Origin: a virus
Lineage: Duplodnaviria > Caudoviricetes
Virus record (IMG/VR): IMGVR_UViG_642918906_000001
Location: 192,001 to 256,000 of that record
Direction: 5' to 3' (one strand)
Length of the DNA: 64,000 nt
Part shown: piece by piece, positions 21,883 to 30,997 of the stretch
Numbering within the stretch: the stretch's first letter is position 1
Layout of the letters: each line of letters opens with the position of its first letter
Notes under the pieces: model-generated
Seen by the model: only the letters and a program-made list of their open reading frames with translations
Told to the model about the DNA's origin: nothing
The model's database searches: none
Program-made: the position numbers and the translations under genes

Positions 21883-22005
21883 ATGATTGAGGAAATGCGG
21901 TCTGTCCCACCTGAACCAAGTCATGTTCCAGAACTACCGATGTCACCATTACGGCGGTGGTTACTGAAACTCAAATATAAACTGCGGAGTTTATTCAATG
22001 CGTAA
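21883..22005 (+). CDS. small hypothetical protein (40 aa, not in ORF track)
   Basis: MIEEMRSVPPEPSHVPELPMSPLRRWLLKLKYKLRSLFNA; follows the early promoter; stop overlaps the next start. Confidence 0.5.
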   Translation: MIEEMRSVPPEPSHVPELPMSPLRRWLLKLKYKLRSLFNA

Positions 22006-22489
22006 TTGTCCTACCGGATATTGTGGTGACCCTTGTTTGTGCAAAGGTGCGCTCGATCATCTCAGTCGTAGCGATGCCAAAGACATGTTGCGTCTGGCTG
22101 ATAATCGCATTAAAGCCATTGATGCAAAAGCGGCTAGTGAGAAACATGGCGAAACCCTCGTACCGTATGCGGCTATTGAGGTAGTACTGTGTGCACTCAA
22201 GTATAACGGTGGCATTGTCAAATGCAACGAGTTATTGCATCGAGTGTTACTGACCAAGCCAACTGACCGAATTGAAACTATATCTGGTATCAAATCGGTT
22301 CTACTGGACGTTGAGGGTGATCCAATCTTCAAGGCCGGTAATGTACCTGAAACTAATACTCGTATCAGGTTCGAGGTATTGCAATGGGGTGATACCGTTG
22401 GGGTATCTGTAGACTGCGAAGGCGGTTACATTCAAGAAGCCTACACCAAACTCAACTACACAACTGTTTTTCTACCAGAGGGTCTTTAA
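21998..22489 (+). CDS. hypothetical protein
   Basis: GGAG RBS, N-terminal Cys cluster. Confidence 0.7.
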   Translation: MRNCPTGYCGDPCLCKGALDHLSRSDAKDMLRLADNRIKAIDAKAASEKHGETLVPYAAIEVVLCALKYNGGIVKCNELLHRVLLTKPTDRIETISGIKSVLLDVEGDPIFKAGNVPETNTRIRFEVLQWGDTVGVSVDCEGGYIQEAYTKLNYTTVFLPEGL

Positions 22490-23710
22490 ATGAGCGTTGT
22501 AAACTATTCGGACTTGGTCCAACTGTTCCCATCCGACGTTTTGGTGCAAATGGCTGAAGCTATCACCGTTGAGTTACGTAATCGGAATACCAGCCATAAT
22601 AGTACTAAACTGGAAGATCTCCGTGAGCGCTATGGTGCCGATGGTAACCGTCTACTGCAACTCCCAGTGTCAGGTTATCATGAACATATGTTAAACCAGT
22701 TTGGTATGGGCGTGCCTGGCCAAATGAACCTACCTCCGGTTAACTACAATCAGGTACCACAGGCTAGTTTCGGCAGCGTACAAACTGCGTATGAACTCAA
22801 CGATCTTCCTTTCAGCACTACGTTCGATATCGACTTCAATAAGTTCGTGTATCGTCCGACTGGACACGGTCTGAAGTCGTTGCAGGAGTTGTTCGGTAGC
22901 TCACTGATTGAAGAAGTGCGTCGTCTGGCTAACGATGACATGGAGATCTTTATCGACCCAACGCTGCTGCCTAACGGTCAGGTGCATCTGCATAACGCGC
23001 CTATTGGTTCGACTATTACCATCGCAGCTACGTTGCGTCAACTGGTAGACTGGTATAACGGTCTTCCTCCAGTACTGGAAGAAAGCGTTGTAGTGGAACC
23101 ACTTCGTTACATTGGTGGTTGGAGTGTCCATGGTGACCAAAACCAACTCCTGCTGGAATACGATGGTAAGTCTCTGGAAGCCGAAGGTGAGATTAACGGT
23201 AATCAGGTGAAAGGTGTTCCATTCAGAGCCAACCGTACTATCCAGTTGATCCCAAACTCCAACATACCTGAGTTGATGGAACAAGGGCGGATCAATGTAG
23301 GGGCGACGATTGAGCGGCTTCCAGCGATTAAGTCGGTGTATGTCGAAGTAGGTGGCCATATGCTCCGCGCTGTGACTAAGACTAACCCAACTGCACAATT
23401 CCAACCATCCCTGGAAAGCACTCTTTTCAAACTACTGGATATGCGCCTCGGTATTGAACTCAAAGCTGGCATGACTGATTGCTTTGGTGAGATTATTGAG
23501 TGGAGTCATCTGCTGGGTGATGAGACCATCACGCTCGACCTCACCTTGGCTGCACGGTATAATCCAGATCGAGCTGAAATCGTTACCACGACTACGCCAG
23601 TTGAATTTATTCATAACGGTCCTAAAGGATCGTACCTGAGTTCACTGCTCTCGATGCCTAACTGTGGTATCCTCGCATTCGATCTCAGCGCTGTAATCGA
23701 AACTAACTAA
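22490..23710 (+). CDS. hypothetical protein
   Basis: 406 aa, GAGG RBS, coupled. Confidence 0.8.
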   Translation: MSVVNYSDLVQLFPSDVLVQMAEAITVELRNRNTSHNSTKLEDLRERYGADGNRLLQLPVSGYHEHMLNQFGMGVPGQMNLPPVNYNQVPQASFGSVQTAYELNDLPFSTTFDIDFNKFVYRPTGHGLKSLQELFGSSLIEEVRRLANDDMEIFIDPTLLPNGQVHLHNAPIGSTITIAATLRQLVDWYNGLPPVLEESVVVEPLRYIGGWSVHGDQNQLLLEYDGKSLEAEGEINGNQVKGVPFRANRTIQLIPNSNIPELMEQGRINVGATIERLPAIKSVYVEVGGHMLRAVTKTNPTAQFQPSLESTLFKLLDMRLGIELKAGMTDCFGEIIEWSHLLGDETITLDLTLAARYNPDRAEIVTTTTPVEFIHNGPKGSYLSSLLSMPNCGILAFDLSAVIETN

Positions 23711-23739
23711 TTCAAACACACTAGAAGGAAAACTGAAAA

Positions 23740-24150
23740 ATGGCTAAAGAACTCAAATCCCGTGGCTACGCTGAAGAACACAAACTGAACGAAGTATTCG
23801 TACTGAACGAAGCCAATGGTTTCGACGTACCGGCTGACGTTTATAACACTCTGGTTCTGGAACCAGCGGGTATTACACTGGACCAAGAGAAGAAGCGTGT
23901 TAAGCTGGAAGGCGAACTCCTGACCGGCGCACTGCTGGTAGGCGGCGAGCAAGTAGGTGATCGCTTCAAGACCGATACCAACCTGCAAGAAGTTAGCATG
24001 ACCATTCCAATGGGTCCTAACCGTACGGCATCGGCTATCTTTGGTCGTGGCGTTGAAACCGTAGTTCAGGTTCAGACTAAGATCGACACTGCTGAGATGA
24101 AGCGTGTGCTGGCACACGTGAACCACCTGTTCGAAGACGTGTCGAACTAA
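23740..24150 (+). CDS. hypothetical protein
   Basis: AAGGA RBS; codon usage typical of highly expressed genes. Confidence 0.8.
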   Translation: MAKELKSRGYAEEHKLNEVFVLNEANGFDVPADVYNTLVLEPAGITLDQEKKRVKLEGELLTGALLVGGEQVGDRFKTDTNLQEVSMTIPMGPNRTASAIFGRGVETVVQVQTKIDTAEMKRVLAHVNHLFEDVSN

Positions 24151-24162
24151 GTCATTAAGACT

Positions 24163-24184
24163 GGGGGTCCCGAAAGGGACTCCC
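24163..24184 (+). terminator. intrinsic terminator
   Basis: GGGGGTCCC-GAAA-GGGACTCCC followed by T-rich tract. Confidence 0.8.
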
Positions 24185-24213
24185 TTCTTATTATTTTTTT
24201 ACGTGGAAGTTTT

Positions 24214-24597
24214 ATGAATATCGAAGACTTTAAAAACTATCAGGAGTCTATCATTGAATTCTGCAAAGCAAACGACATCCGTGAATTCCCAGAAACGTAC
24301 TTTGTCTACCGTAAGCGCCTTGTTGAAATCGCTAATGATAAATCCATTGATAACACAGTGCGAATCAACGCCGCCGAGTTGCATAGTCAAATCAAGTGGA
24401 CCTTTAATGCTGTCTACGGTCGCGGCCTCGCTGATCAACTAAGGAAGTATCCAGAGTCGACCCTCTATGATAATGGACAGTGTTTGACTACACGTTGCCG
24501 TACTAAAGTGGTACAACTAGCTGAGCGCTTTGCATTTAAACCCCAACCTCTGGTGTTGGGTATCAAACATTACTGGGCGTTAAACAATGGGACTTGA
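24214..24597 (+). CDS. hypothetical protein
   Basis: 127-aa ORF in operon. Confidence 0.7.
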   Translation: MNIEDFKNYQESIIEFCKANDIREFPETYFVYRKRLVEIANDKSIDNTVRINAAELHSQIKWTFNAVYGRGLADQLRKYPESTLYDNGQCLTTRCRTKVVQLAERFAFKPQPLVLGIKHYWALNNGT

Positions 24598-24955
24598 TAC
24601 AGACATCTATCGTGTTAATCGTAAGAAGGCTGAAGCGGCCATCTGCAAAAGTTATGATGGTACTAAAGAGTATATTGATTACTGGAGTATCACCGATGAC
24701 GTTGAATCAGTTTGCTACCAGCGTAAGAACTACTTTCTTCAAGGGCTACTCGAAGAACTTACTTGGAGTAACCAATGTGAGTATATCGAGTTAACTAAAC
24801 TCCATGTACACCACTTGGTGTACTGTATGCAGCAGCGATATAAATGGCAGAATAGTTTCGAACGAAAGCGCGCTGCGACGATAGTGAGGGATTTGAAACA
24901 AGTCCTCCATAACTTCGACTGGGATCGTGACATGCTAGTTTGGAACTGGTGCTAA
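24587..24955 (+). CDS. conserved phage hypothetical protein (MGLD...YxRK type)
   Basis: MGLDTDIY start, YQRKNYFL motif, aromatic C-terminus. Confidence 0.7.
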   Translation: MGLDTDIYRVNRKKAEAAICKSYDGTKEYIDYWSITDDVESVCYQRKNYFLQGLLEELTWSNQCEYIELTKLHVHHLVYCMQQRYKWQNSFERKRAATIVRDLKQVLHNFDWDRDMLVWNWC

Positions 24956-25032
24956 CGAAGTTTTACTAGTGTGATGAATATTGTAGGAGATCTACTCCTA
25001 CCAATTCTTAAATTTGTTATAAAGGTAATTCA

Positions 25033-26106
25033 ATGTCCGACAATCGTACTTTCATTGTTCTTGATGGTCCAGACTTCTCCGGTAAGTCTACCCTGATGAA
25101 AGCTTTCCTTGCCCGTGTCGAAGCCGAGGGTATTGATCACGTTGCTATGCGTGAGCCCGGCGGTATCCCAGGCAGCGGTTCGCTTGCTGAGGAAATCCGT
25201 GTTGCTTTGATCGCTAATCGTGATGAACGTGTCCATCCAGAGACTGATGTACTGTTGCATATGGCCTACCGTGTGCAAAACGTTAAAGACATCATTCTCC
25301 CCGCATTGGCCGATAACAAGTGGGTGATCTCTGATCGTTTTGTGTTCTCGACTTGGTGCCTGAATGTTCAAGCTCATCTCGAAACGCACCCGTACCTGAC
25401 TGATATGCTTTACGGCCTGATGCCGTACGTACTACAAGGTCTGCCTGAACCACTGACGTTCATTCTGGATACTCCACGTGAAATCCGTGATCAGCGTGCT
25501 AACTCTGACGAACGTAAGAAAGATCGTTATGAATCGCAGCCTGCCGCGGTACACGATCGTATCGAAGCAGCTTACGAGCAACTGCGTTCTAGTCCAAGCT
25601 GCAAGTTCATTGATGGTACTCTGCCAATCGAAGAACAAGTGGACATCATGTTTGCTTACATCAAAGGCTTCAAAGAACAAGTCCTCGGTCAAATGGCTGA
25701 AGCTGAAGAACGTTCTGGTCTGATGAAAGACGAACGTGAACAAGCACGTGACATGGCTGAACAGATTCGTGACGAACTGAACGCTGACGAATCGTGGGAT
25801 CTGGAAACCGAAGTTGCTAAGTATGTTGAGACTAACATCACTGCAATGGCAGACCAACTGTTCCAAGGTGCTGACCCAGAAGCACTGGCTAAAGAAACCG
25901 AGTTCGCTAAAGAGTTCGCTGCTAATATTGCACGTACTACCTTTGAGCGTACTAATGGTGACCGTACTGTGTTCCACCCTACTCGGGTTGGACAGATCAA
26001 TCAGAAAGTTCACTCGATGCTTAGCTGGGGCTTTGCACGAGATTCATGGGCGAAGCATTTCGCCAATGGTGGCGATAATGGCGCAAATCAAACTCAACAA
26101 GCTTGA
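25033..26106 (+). CDS. tmk: thymidylate (dTMP) kinase with ~140-aa C-terminal extension
   Basis: P-loop DGPDFSGKST, REPGG, ISDRF and DRYE motifs. Confidence 0.9.
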   Translation: MSDNRTFIVLDGPDFSGKSTLMKAFLARVEAEGIDHVAMREPGGIPGSGSLAEEIRVALIANRDERVHPETDVLLHMAYRVQNVKDIILPALADNKWVISDRFVFSTWCLNVQAHLETHPYLTDMLYGLMPYVLQGLPEPLTFILDTPREIRDQRANSDERKKDRYESQPAAVHDRIEAAYEQLRSSPSCKFIDGTLPIEEQVDIMFAYIKGFKEQVLGQMAEAEERSGLMKDEREQARDMAEQIRDELNADESWDLETEVAKYVETNITAMADQLFQGADPEALAKETEFAKEFAANIARTTFERTNGDRTVFHPTRVGQINQKVHSMLSWGFARDSWAKHFANGGDNGANQTQQA

Positions 26107-26299
26107 TTTGTGGAAGTACGCTGACTGCGAGTTCCAATCGCAGGTAGGTGGCCATCGAGTCCGTGTGATCTTAAAGTCTACGGATTCGAAACATGCCATT
26201 GTATCAAACTACTATCACCGAATCAATACTTACAAAATCAGTCTCAAATCATTTCTTGAATCATTTACTCTGGTAGAGGATACCACACGCAATGTCTGA
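26078..26299 (+). CDS. small hypothetical beta-rich protein
   Basis: ATG at 26078 within ORF 25814-26299; similar to the next gene. Confidence 0.6.
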   Translation: MAQIKLNKLDLWKYADCEFQSQVGGHRVRVILKSTDSKHAIVSNYYHRINTYKISLKSFLESFTLVEDTTRNV

Positions 26300-26528
26300 A
26301 ACACTGTCGAAAGGCACCCTGTATGTACGCGCAGCTGAAGTGGGCGATCTGAAAGACTATTACGGCCGTACGTTCATTATTCGTAAGAACAGCGCTGTCA
26401 AAGCAGTCAAGCTTGAGAAAGTAAAAGGTTCTAAAGCTTATCTGGAATACACTGAAGGTCGAGTAGATTCATTTAGTATTCCGCTGAATGAGTTTTTGAA
26501 GTACTATGAATTGCCACAGAAAGGGTAA
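26292..26528 (+). CDS. small hypothetical beta-rich protein
   Basis: GAGGA RBS, coupled. Confidence 0.7.
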   Translation: MSETLSKGTLYVRAAEVGDLKDYYGRTFIIRKNSAVKAVKLEKVKGSKAYLEYTEGRVDSFSIPLNEFLKYYELPQKG

Positions 26529-26531
26529 GCC

Positions 26532-26897
26532 ATGACATTTAAAGTTTCTAACAACCTTGCAATGCTGGCCATGTTGATGACTGGTCTGTATGACGCTAAC
26601 GCTCAGGATCTTGATAACGAAGTTACCATGACAATGGGCGATGTTCGGATGGGTGAATCCGTATACGTAGATGCAACTAAGTCTAAGTATCAGATACACC
26701 TTCGTTTGGAGAAAGGACTCGATGCTAAACTCCAAATCGAGTACTGGCCTAAAGACGAAGAAGGTTTGGTCGAGGGTCACCTACAGCACACTGTGGAAGT
26801 TGATTGCAACGATCCAGATACTTGGATCGAACCAATGATCATTCTTCAGAACGTGTTGGACGGTAAGTGTGAACCTGAAGACGAGTGTGAAGAGTAA
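26532..26897 (+). CDS. hypothetical protein
   Basis: 121 aa, acidic. Confidence 0.7.
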   Translation: MTFKVSNNLAMLAMLMTGLYDANAQDLDNEVTMTMGDVRMGESVYVDATKSKYQIHLRLEKGLDAKLQIEYWPKDEEGLVEGHLQHTVEVDCNDPDTWIEPMIILQNVLDGKCEPEDECEE

Positions 26898-26903
26898 ATA
26901 AAG

Positions 26904-26923
26904 TGTCCTCCTTCGGGAGGACA
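26904..26923 (+). terminator. intrinsic terminator
   Basis: TGTCCTCC-TTCG-GGAGGACA. Confidence 0.75.
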
Positions 26924-26952
26924 TTATTCCGTATTAGACAGAGGGTAACAAA

Positions 26953-27372
26953 ATGGCTAAAGTATCTCCGTTGTTGGGTCGCACTAAGTTTGACTGGGGT
27001 ATCCGTCTCGGCGCGCTGGTATACGAAATCGGTAATTGGGCACTGAACATGGGCGATGAGGGTACTAAACGCTCCAGCGGCTCCATCATGCGTAACGGTT
27101 ACCGTTTCGTTTACACAAGTAAGAAATTTGGTCGTCATCGTACACAAGCCACATGTATTTCGATTTACGGTAGAGGTAAGGCCTATATCTTCGGTTCACG
27201 TAATTATAGTCTAGATGGCGTTAACTGTATTACCTCTGGTGTGGAAGTAACCGACTATAAGGAAATGTATAAATTCTTAGAGCGTCGCGTATATGCTACG
27301 TTTAACGCTAAAATAGCTTCTGAGATTATGTCCGAGGCAGATTCCCTTTATGATGTCCTAACCTCGAGGTAA
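26953..27372 (+). CDS. hypothetical protein
   Basis: GAGG RBS. Confidence 0.7.
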   Translation: MAKVSPLLGRTKFDWGIRLGALVYEIGNWALNMGDEGTKRSSGSIMRNGYRFVYTSKKFGRHRTQATCISIYGRGKAYIFGSRNYSLDGVNCITSGVEVTDYKEMYKFLERRVYATFNAKIASEIMSEADSLYDVLTSR

Positions 27373-27377
27373 TAACC

Positions 27378-27620
27378 ATGCACCAGTATGATCCAAATCG
27401 TGAACTCGAACTCCACATGAGTGTTGGCACCGCTGACGCTGATAGCGTGACGGACAACTTTGCAGTACTGATTGATCGGGGTCCTTTGGACGCAGGTCAA
27501 CTACAAAGTATGTACGAGGGCGGTTGGCACCTTATTAGTGGCCCTGTGGTAGTTGATACCATCGAGGTGAATGTGAGTTTCTATTACTACACCTTTCACA
27601 AACGTGCTTTTCACGGATAA
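27378..27620 (+). CDS. hypothetical protein
   Basis: GAGGT RBS. Confidence 0.7.
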   Translation: MHQYDPNRELELHMSVGTADADSVTDNFAVLIDRGPLDAGQLQSMYEGGWHLISGPVVVDTIEVNVSFYYYTFHKRAFHG

Positions 27621-27624
27621 ATAA

Positions 27625-28317
27625 ATGAAACGTATCCATTGGGTAATTGTTGGCATCATTGCCGTGATTATTTTGACCTGTCGTATTCAGGGTGTGCACG
27701 CCGCACCCATGCAATATTTCGGTACACCTATATTCTACGGTAAGTACTCTACCGATAAAGTTGAATGTGTTTTCAATCAGTCAGCCGCCTATGGGTTTTG
27801 CGGTGACATCCGTGACCCTGAAGAAGGGGTAGTCGGTCTAACTAATCCCAATGATCCAACTAAAGGTGTTGGGGCAATGGTCAGGCTATTCACTGAGGTC
27901 GTATGTGTAAAGGGTGAATGCGCTAGTAACTATGGCGAGCCATTAGGTCGTATTGCTGATACTCGTACTAGTTATTGGTATATCCCAACTGGCTACTACC
28001 TTGGTAATAAAGGTGAGAACGCATTAGCTTACCGTCAAGGTACTGGACCAATGGCTAATGAATTCCCTATGTCGTCAATCAAAGTGTTAGGTGCCCTTCA
28101 GGACCCTCCACGAGGCGTTGTAAGGAAGTATAATGACGATCTTGAGCGGTACAACGTATACTGCAATGAATCGCTTGAGTGTAGCTATATGGGACGTGTG
28201 ATGATGGCTAGTCAGTTAGCTGAATACATCCCCAAGGTACTGACCTATAGCTGCGGTACGGTCTTTTGCTATCACGCAGATAAAACCATTGCTGGCCTAA
28301 ACCCTAGGAAATTTTAA
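27625..28317 (+). CDS. putative exported Cys-rich protein
   Basis: Basic then hydrophobic N-terminus ending VHA; several closely spaced Cys pairs. Confidence 0.7.
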   Translation: MKRIHWVIVGIIAVIILTCRIQGVHAAPMQYFGTPIFYGKYSTDKVECVFNQSAAYGFCGDIRDPEEGVVGLTNPNDPTKGVGAMVRLFTEVVCVKGECASNYGEPLGRIADTRTSYWYIPTGYYLGNKGENALAYRQGTGPMANEFPMSSIKVLGALQDPPRGVVRKYNDDLERYNVYCNESLECSYMGRVMMASQLAEYIPKVLTYSCGTVFCYHADKTIAGLNPRKF

Positions 28318-28318
28318 G

Positions 28319-28696
28319 ATGTTTAATATTTGGATTACACACGGTATTTTCTACGGCTATTCAGATGCATCCATTATTCATTTTGTTCGCCGGATATGGG
28401 ACATTGAATATGATGTGCCCCTATTGCCAGTAAACGGTAAACTGTTGGGGACTGGTCTGGTACTCTGTCCAGAAGAGAGTGAGCTTGATGAGAAACAGTT
28501 GCTGGAAGAAATAAAGGCTCGCCGTATTGTTCCTGACGATTTCCCACACGGACATTGTGGACGTTATACCTTGGAGCAGAAACTTGCCTTCCTAAACCAT
28601 CCGCTATTTCTCCCTCGCTATAAGCTGATCGTTGAAAGGCTTCGCGGCGAGTTCGATTTGCCTAAACGTAAACCCCTACCTGCTAAAGAGAGCTAA
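28319..28696 (+). CDS. hypothetical protein
   Basis: 125 aa, coupled. Confidence 0.7.
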   Translation: MFNIWITHGIFYGYSDASIIHFVRRIWDIEYDVPLLPVNGKLLGTGLVLCPEESELDEKQLLEEIKARRIVPDDFPHGHCGRYTLEQKLAFLNHPLFLPRYKLIVERLRGEFDLPKRKPLPAKES

Positions 28697-28700
28697 TGAC

Positions 28701-29174
28701 ATGAAGCGCATTACAACTGATTTGTCAGTATCTCTGAAAGACCTTACTGTTGAAAAGGTCCGTGAGATCGTTATGTCTACAGAAGACGACCTGTGGGCTA
28801 AGCCTTATGTCGACACAATCTGTGAAGACTTCGGTTATCTTGATCCAGGTATGTGGCCAATGAGTGAGTTGACCGTACGTCATTTGGCTGTACACGCTTA
28901 CAACCGTGGTGCCTACTACAATGCCCGCACCGGCGAAGGTTCCCGCAATGCACAATGTCATCAGTTCATGGATCTGTTACTGAGCTATGCATCGTCAATG
29001 GAAGGTAGTTTGCCACCATCCCTACGTTACAAAGAGAGTGAGCGGATGCCTTACCTGATCTATGAGCAACTGGGTAAGTTTGACTTCCTGGGCTACATTA
29101 AAAACGTACCTGAGTTGAGCCATAAGTGGTCTATCTACGGTTGGGAAATCCAATCTGTGTATTCTTACGAGTAA
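28701..29174 (+). CDS. hypothetical protein
   Basis: ATG at 28701 after the upstream stop. Confidence 0.7.
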   Translation: MKRITTDLSVSLKDLTVEKVREIVMSTEDDLWAKPYVDTICEDFGYLDPGMWPMSELTVRHLAVHAYNRGAYYNARTGEGSRNAQCHQFMDLLLSYASSMEGSLPPSLRYKESERMPYLIYEQLGKFDFLGYIKNVPELSHKWSIYGWEIQSVYSYE

Positions 29175-29184
29175 GTCATAAAAC

Positions 29185-29206
29185 GCCTCTACCTTCGGGT
29201 AGAGGC
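29185..29206 (+). terminator. intrinsic terminator
   Basis: GCCTCTACC-TTCG-GGTAGAGGC followed by TTTAT. Confidence 0.85.
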
Positions 29207-29276
29207 TTTATACCCTTTTCTTTTTGTTCAATGGTACGTAACACCCTTTTAACGAAAACGCTAATAAGGGAGTGGT

Positions 29277-29774
29277 ATGGTGTTGACATACGGAACAGTA
29301 GCAGGTATTGACTTACAAGTTTCCAAAGGCCTAGCCGTTGGTTACTTCGGGATTGAAGACGACGTGTCTAAGATATCTAGAGTAGTAGGTGACTGGGAGC
29401 TACGTACAGTCCCAGATAATCATCGACATGGAATCGGAATGATAGTCGCAGTACCAACAAACCGTAGAACACGCAAGATCTATAATAAAGGTCGTATCGC
29501 CTGGCTAATGGCTTTAGATTTCTCTGAGGAGAAAGCTTGGTTGTATTTCAAAGCGTCTAGAGATCATAAACGAAAATGGGACCATCGCGTTGCACAATTT
29601 GTTTGTGATAACTTTGACTTAGATCCATTCATTATAAATGACATTATCGAGAGCGAGTCCCCACGAAGGACCTGTTTAGATCACGGCGTTTATACGACAA
29701 TGAATCCCGGACAGATATTAGGTGCATGCCAAATCCTGTCTGTGATTAATCAGCTAAAACTACAGGGAACTTAG
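29277..29774 (+). CDS. hypothetical protein
   Basis: GGAG RBS, 165 aa. Confidence 0.75.
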   Translation: MVLTYGTVAGIDLQVSKGLAVGYFGIEDDVSKISRVVGDWELRTVPDNHRHGIGMIVAVPTNRRTRKIYNKGRIAWLMALDFSEEKAWLYFKASRDHKRKWDHRVAQFVCDNFDLDPFIINDIIESESPRRTCLDHGVYTTMNPGQILGACQILSVINQLKLQGT

Positions 29775-29845
29775 GTTCCCTTTTTATAGCCAATTCATAT
29801 GTATCATTAACTTTTGTTATTGGGTAAGGCCCATGGGAGTACCAC

Positions 29846-30277
29846 GTGAACTTTTTCGTAGATTGCGAATTCGACGTACCAACTAAAACACTGATCAGCC
29901 TTGGCATTATTAGCGAGGATGGTCTGCGTGAATTTTACGAAGTGTTAGACTATTCTAACATTCAGGACGAATGGGTAAAACAGAATGTTATTCCTATCCT
30001 ACAGAAAGCCCCTATCACTCGTGAAGAATTTCAAATCAAGCTGACTAAGTTCTGTGGTCAGTTCGCTGGTATGCACATTATCGTTAACCATCCGAATGAC
30101 GTTATTTATTTCAGTGAGGCTCTCTTGGGTGAAAAAGGTAAATGGATTAAGATCCAACCATTAACTTTTGAGGTTGATGACAAACTAAGTGGTAAGGGAT
30201 CTAAGCTACTCCACAATGCTCTTTACGATGCTATGGCTACCCGTGAAGATTGGTTATTACAGAATGGATTTAAATAG
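29846..30277 (+). CDS. DEDDh 3'-5' exonuclease (RNase AS/DnaQ-like)
   Basis: FVDCEF (ExoI), LISLGII and HNALYDA (ExoIII) motifs; GGAG RBS with GTG start. Confidence 0.8.
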   Translation: MNFFVDCEFDVPTKTLISLGIISEDGLREFYEVLDYSNIQDEWVKQNVIPILQKAPITREEFQIKLTKFCGQFAGMHIIVNHPNDVIYFSEALLGEKGKWIKIQPLTFEVDDKLSGKGSKLLHNALYDAMATREDWLLQNGFK

Positions 30278-30286
30278 GTAATAAAA

Positions 30287-30958
30287 ATGTCAACATATCA
30301 ACAAATGACGGAGGCCCGTAACCGTCGTTGCAGGCCCGAGACACTCTTAAGACTACTGCTTTCCACTAGTTATCCTTTATCGACCCTGAGTGACCTCACA
30401 CTGGCTCTAAATGTACATGGTGGTGAGACTAACAAAGACGAACTCGAACGTAATGCTGAAGACCTTCGTGAAGTAGAACGCAACTACACTTTGTATGACT
30501 TTGTACGGTGCGTTGAAATCCGTAGAACCCTTGGTGGTATCCGTATCGTAACCAAAGGACTTGACATCGATCCAGCAATGAAGGCAATCAATGATTGCAC
30601 TGAAACCCATAAAGAAATGGCTGCTGTAGATATCACTCTGGTTAAAGGAGATGAAGCTCTTGATGACGTAGAAGGTTTAGCAACTCGTCTGATGGAGATG
30701 TTCTATCGTTCACAAGTGAAGTCTAAACGTCCAGGTGATTCAATCGAACACACTGAATGGCGATGCCGTGTTAAAGAAGTAGATCGTAACAAACCGGGTA
30801 AGCCAACACGTACTGTTGACACTACCCTGGATGTCAAGCAAGCAATCCATCGCCTGAGTACATCTTTACGTAAACGTAGCTTCCACATCGTCCTCACGCA
30901 GAACTGTATTCTACTGATGGATCAGAAAGCTAGACTGTTTGGTGTTAGCAAAAAATGA
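30287..30958 (+). CDS. hypothetical protein
   Basis: 223-aa ORF. Confidence 0.75.
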   Translation: MSTYQQMTEARNRRCRPETLLRLLLSTSYPLSTLSDLTLALNVHGGETNKDELERNAEDLREVERNYTLYDFVRCVEIRRTLGGIRIVTKGLDIDPAMKAINDCTETHKEMAAVDITLVKGDEALDDVEGLATRLMEMFYRSQVKSKRPGDSIEHTEWRCRVKEVDRNKPGKPTRTVDTTLDVKQAIHRLSTSLRKRSFHIVLTQNCILLMDQKARLFGVSKK

Positions 30959-30967
30959 CAGCATAAA

Positions 30968-30988
30968 GCCCAGCCGTAGTGGCTGGGC
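30968..30988. terminator. bidirectional terminator between convergent genes
   Basis: GCCCAGCC-GTAGT-GGCTGGGC. Confidence 0.8.
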
Positions 30989-30997
30989 AATATGTCG

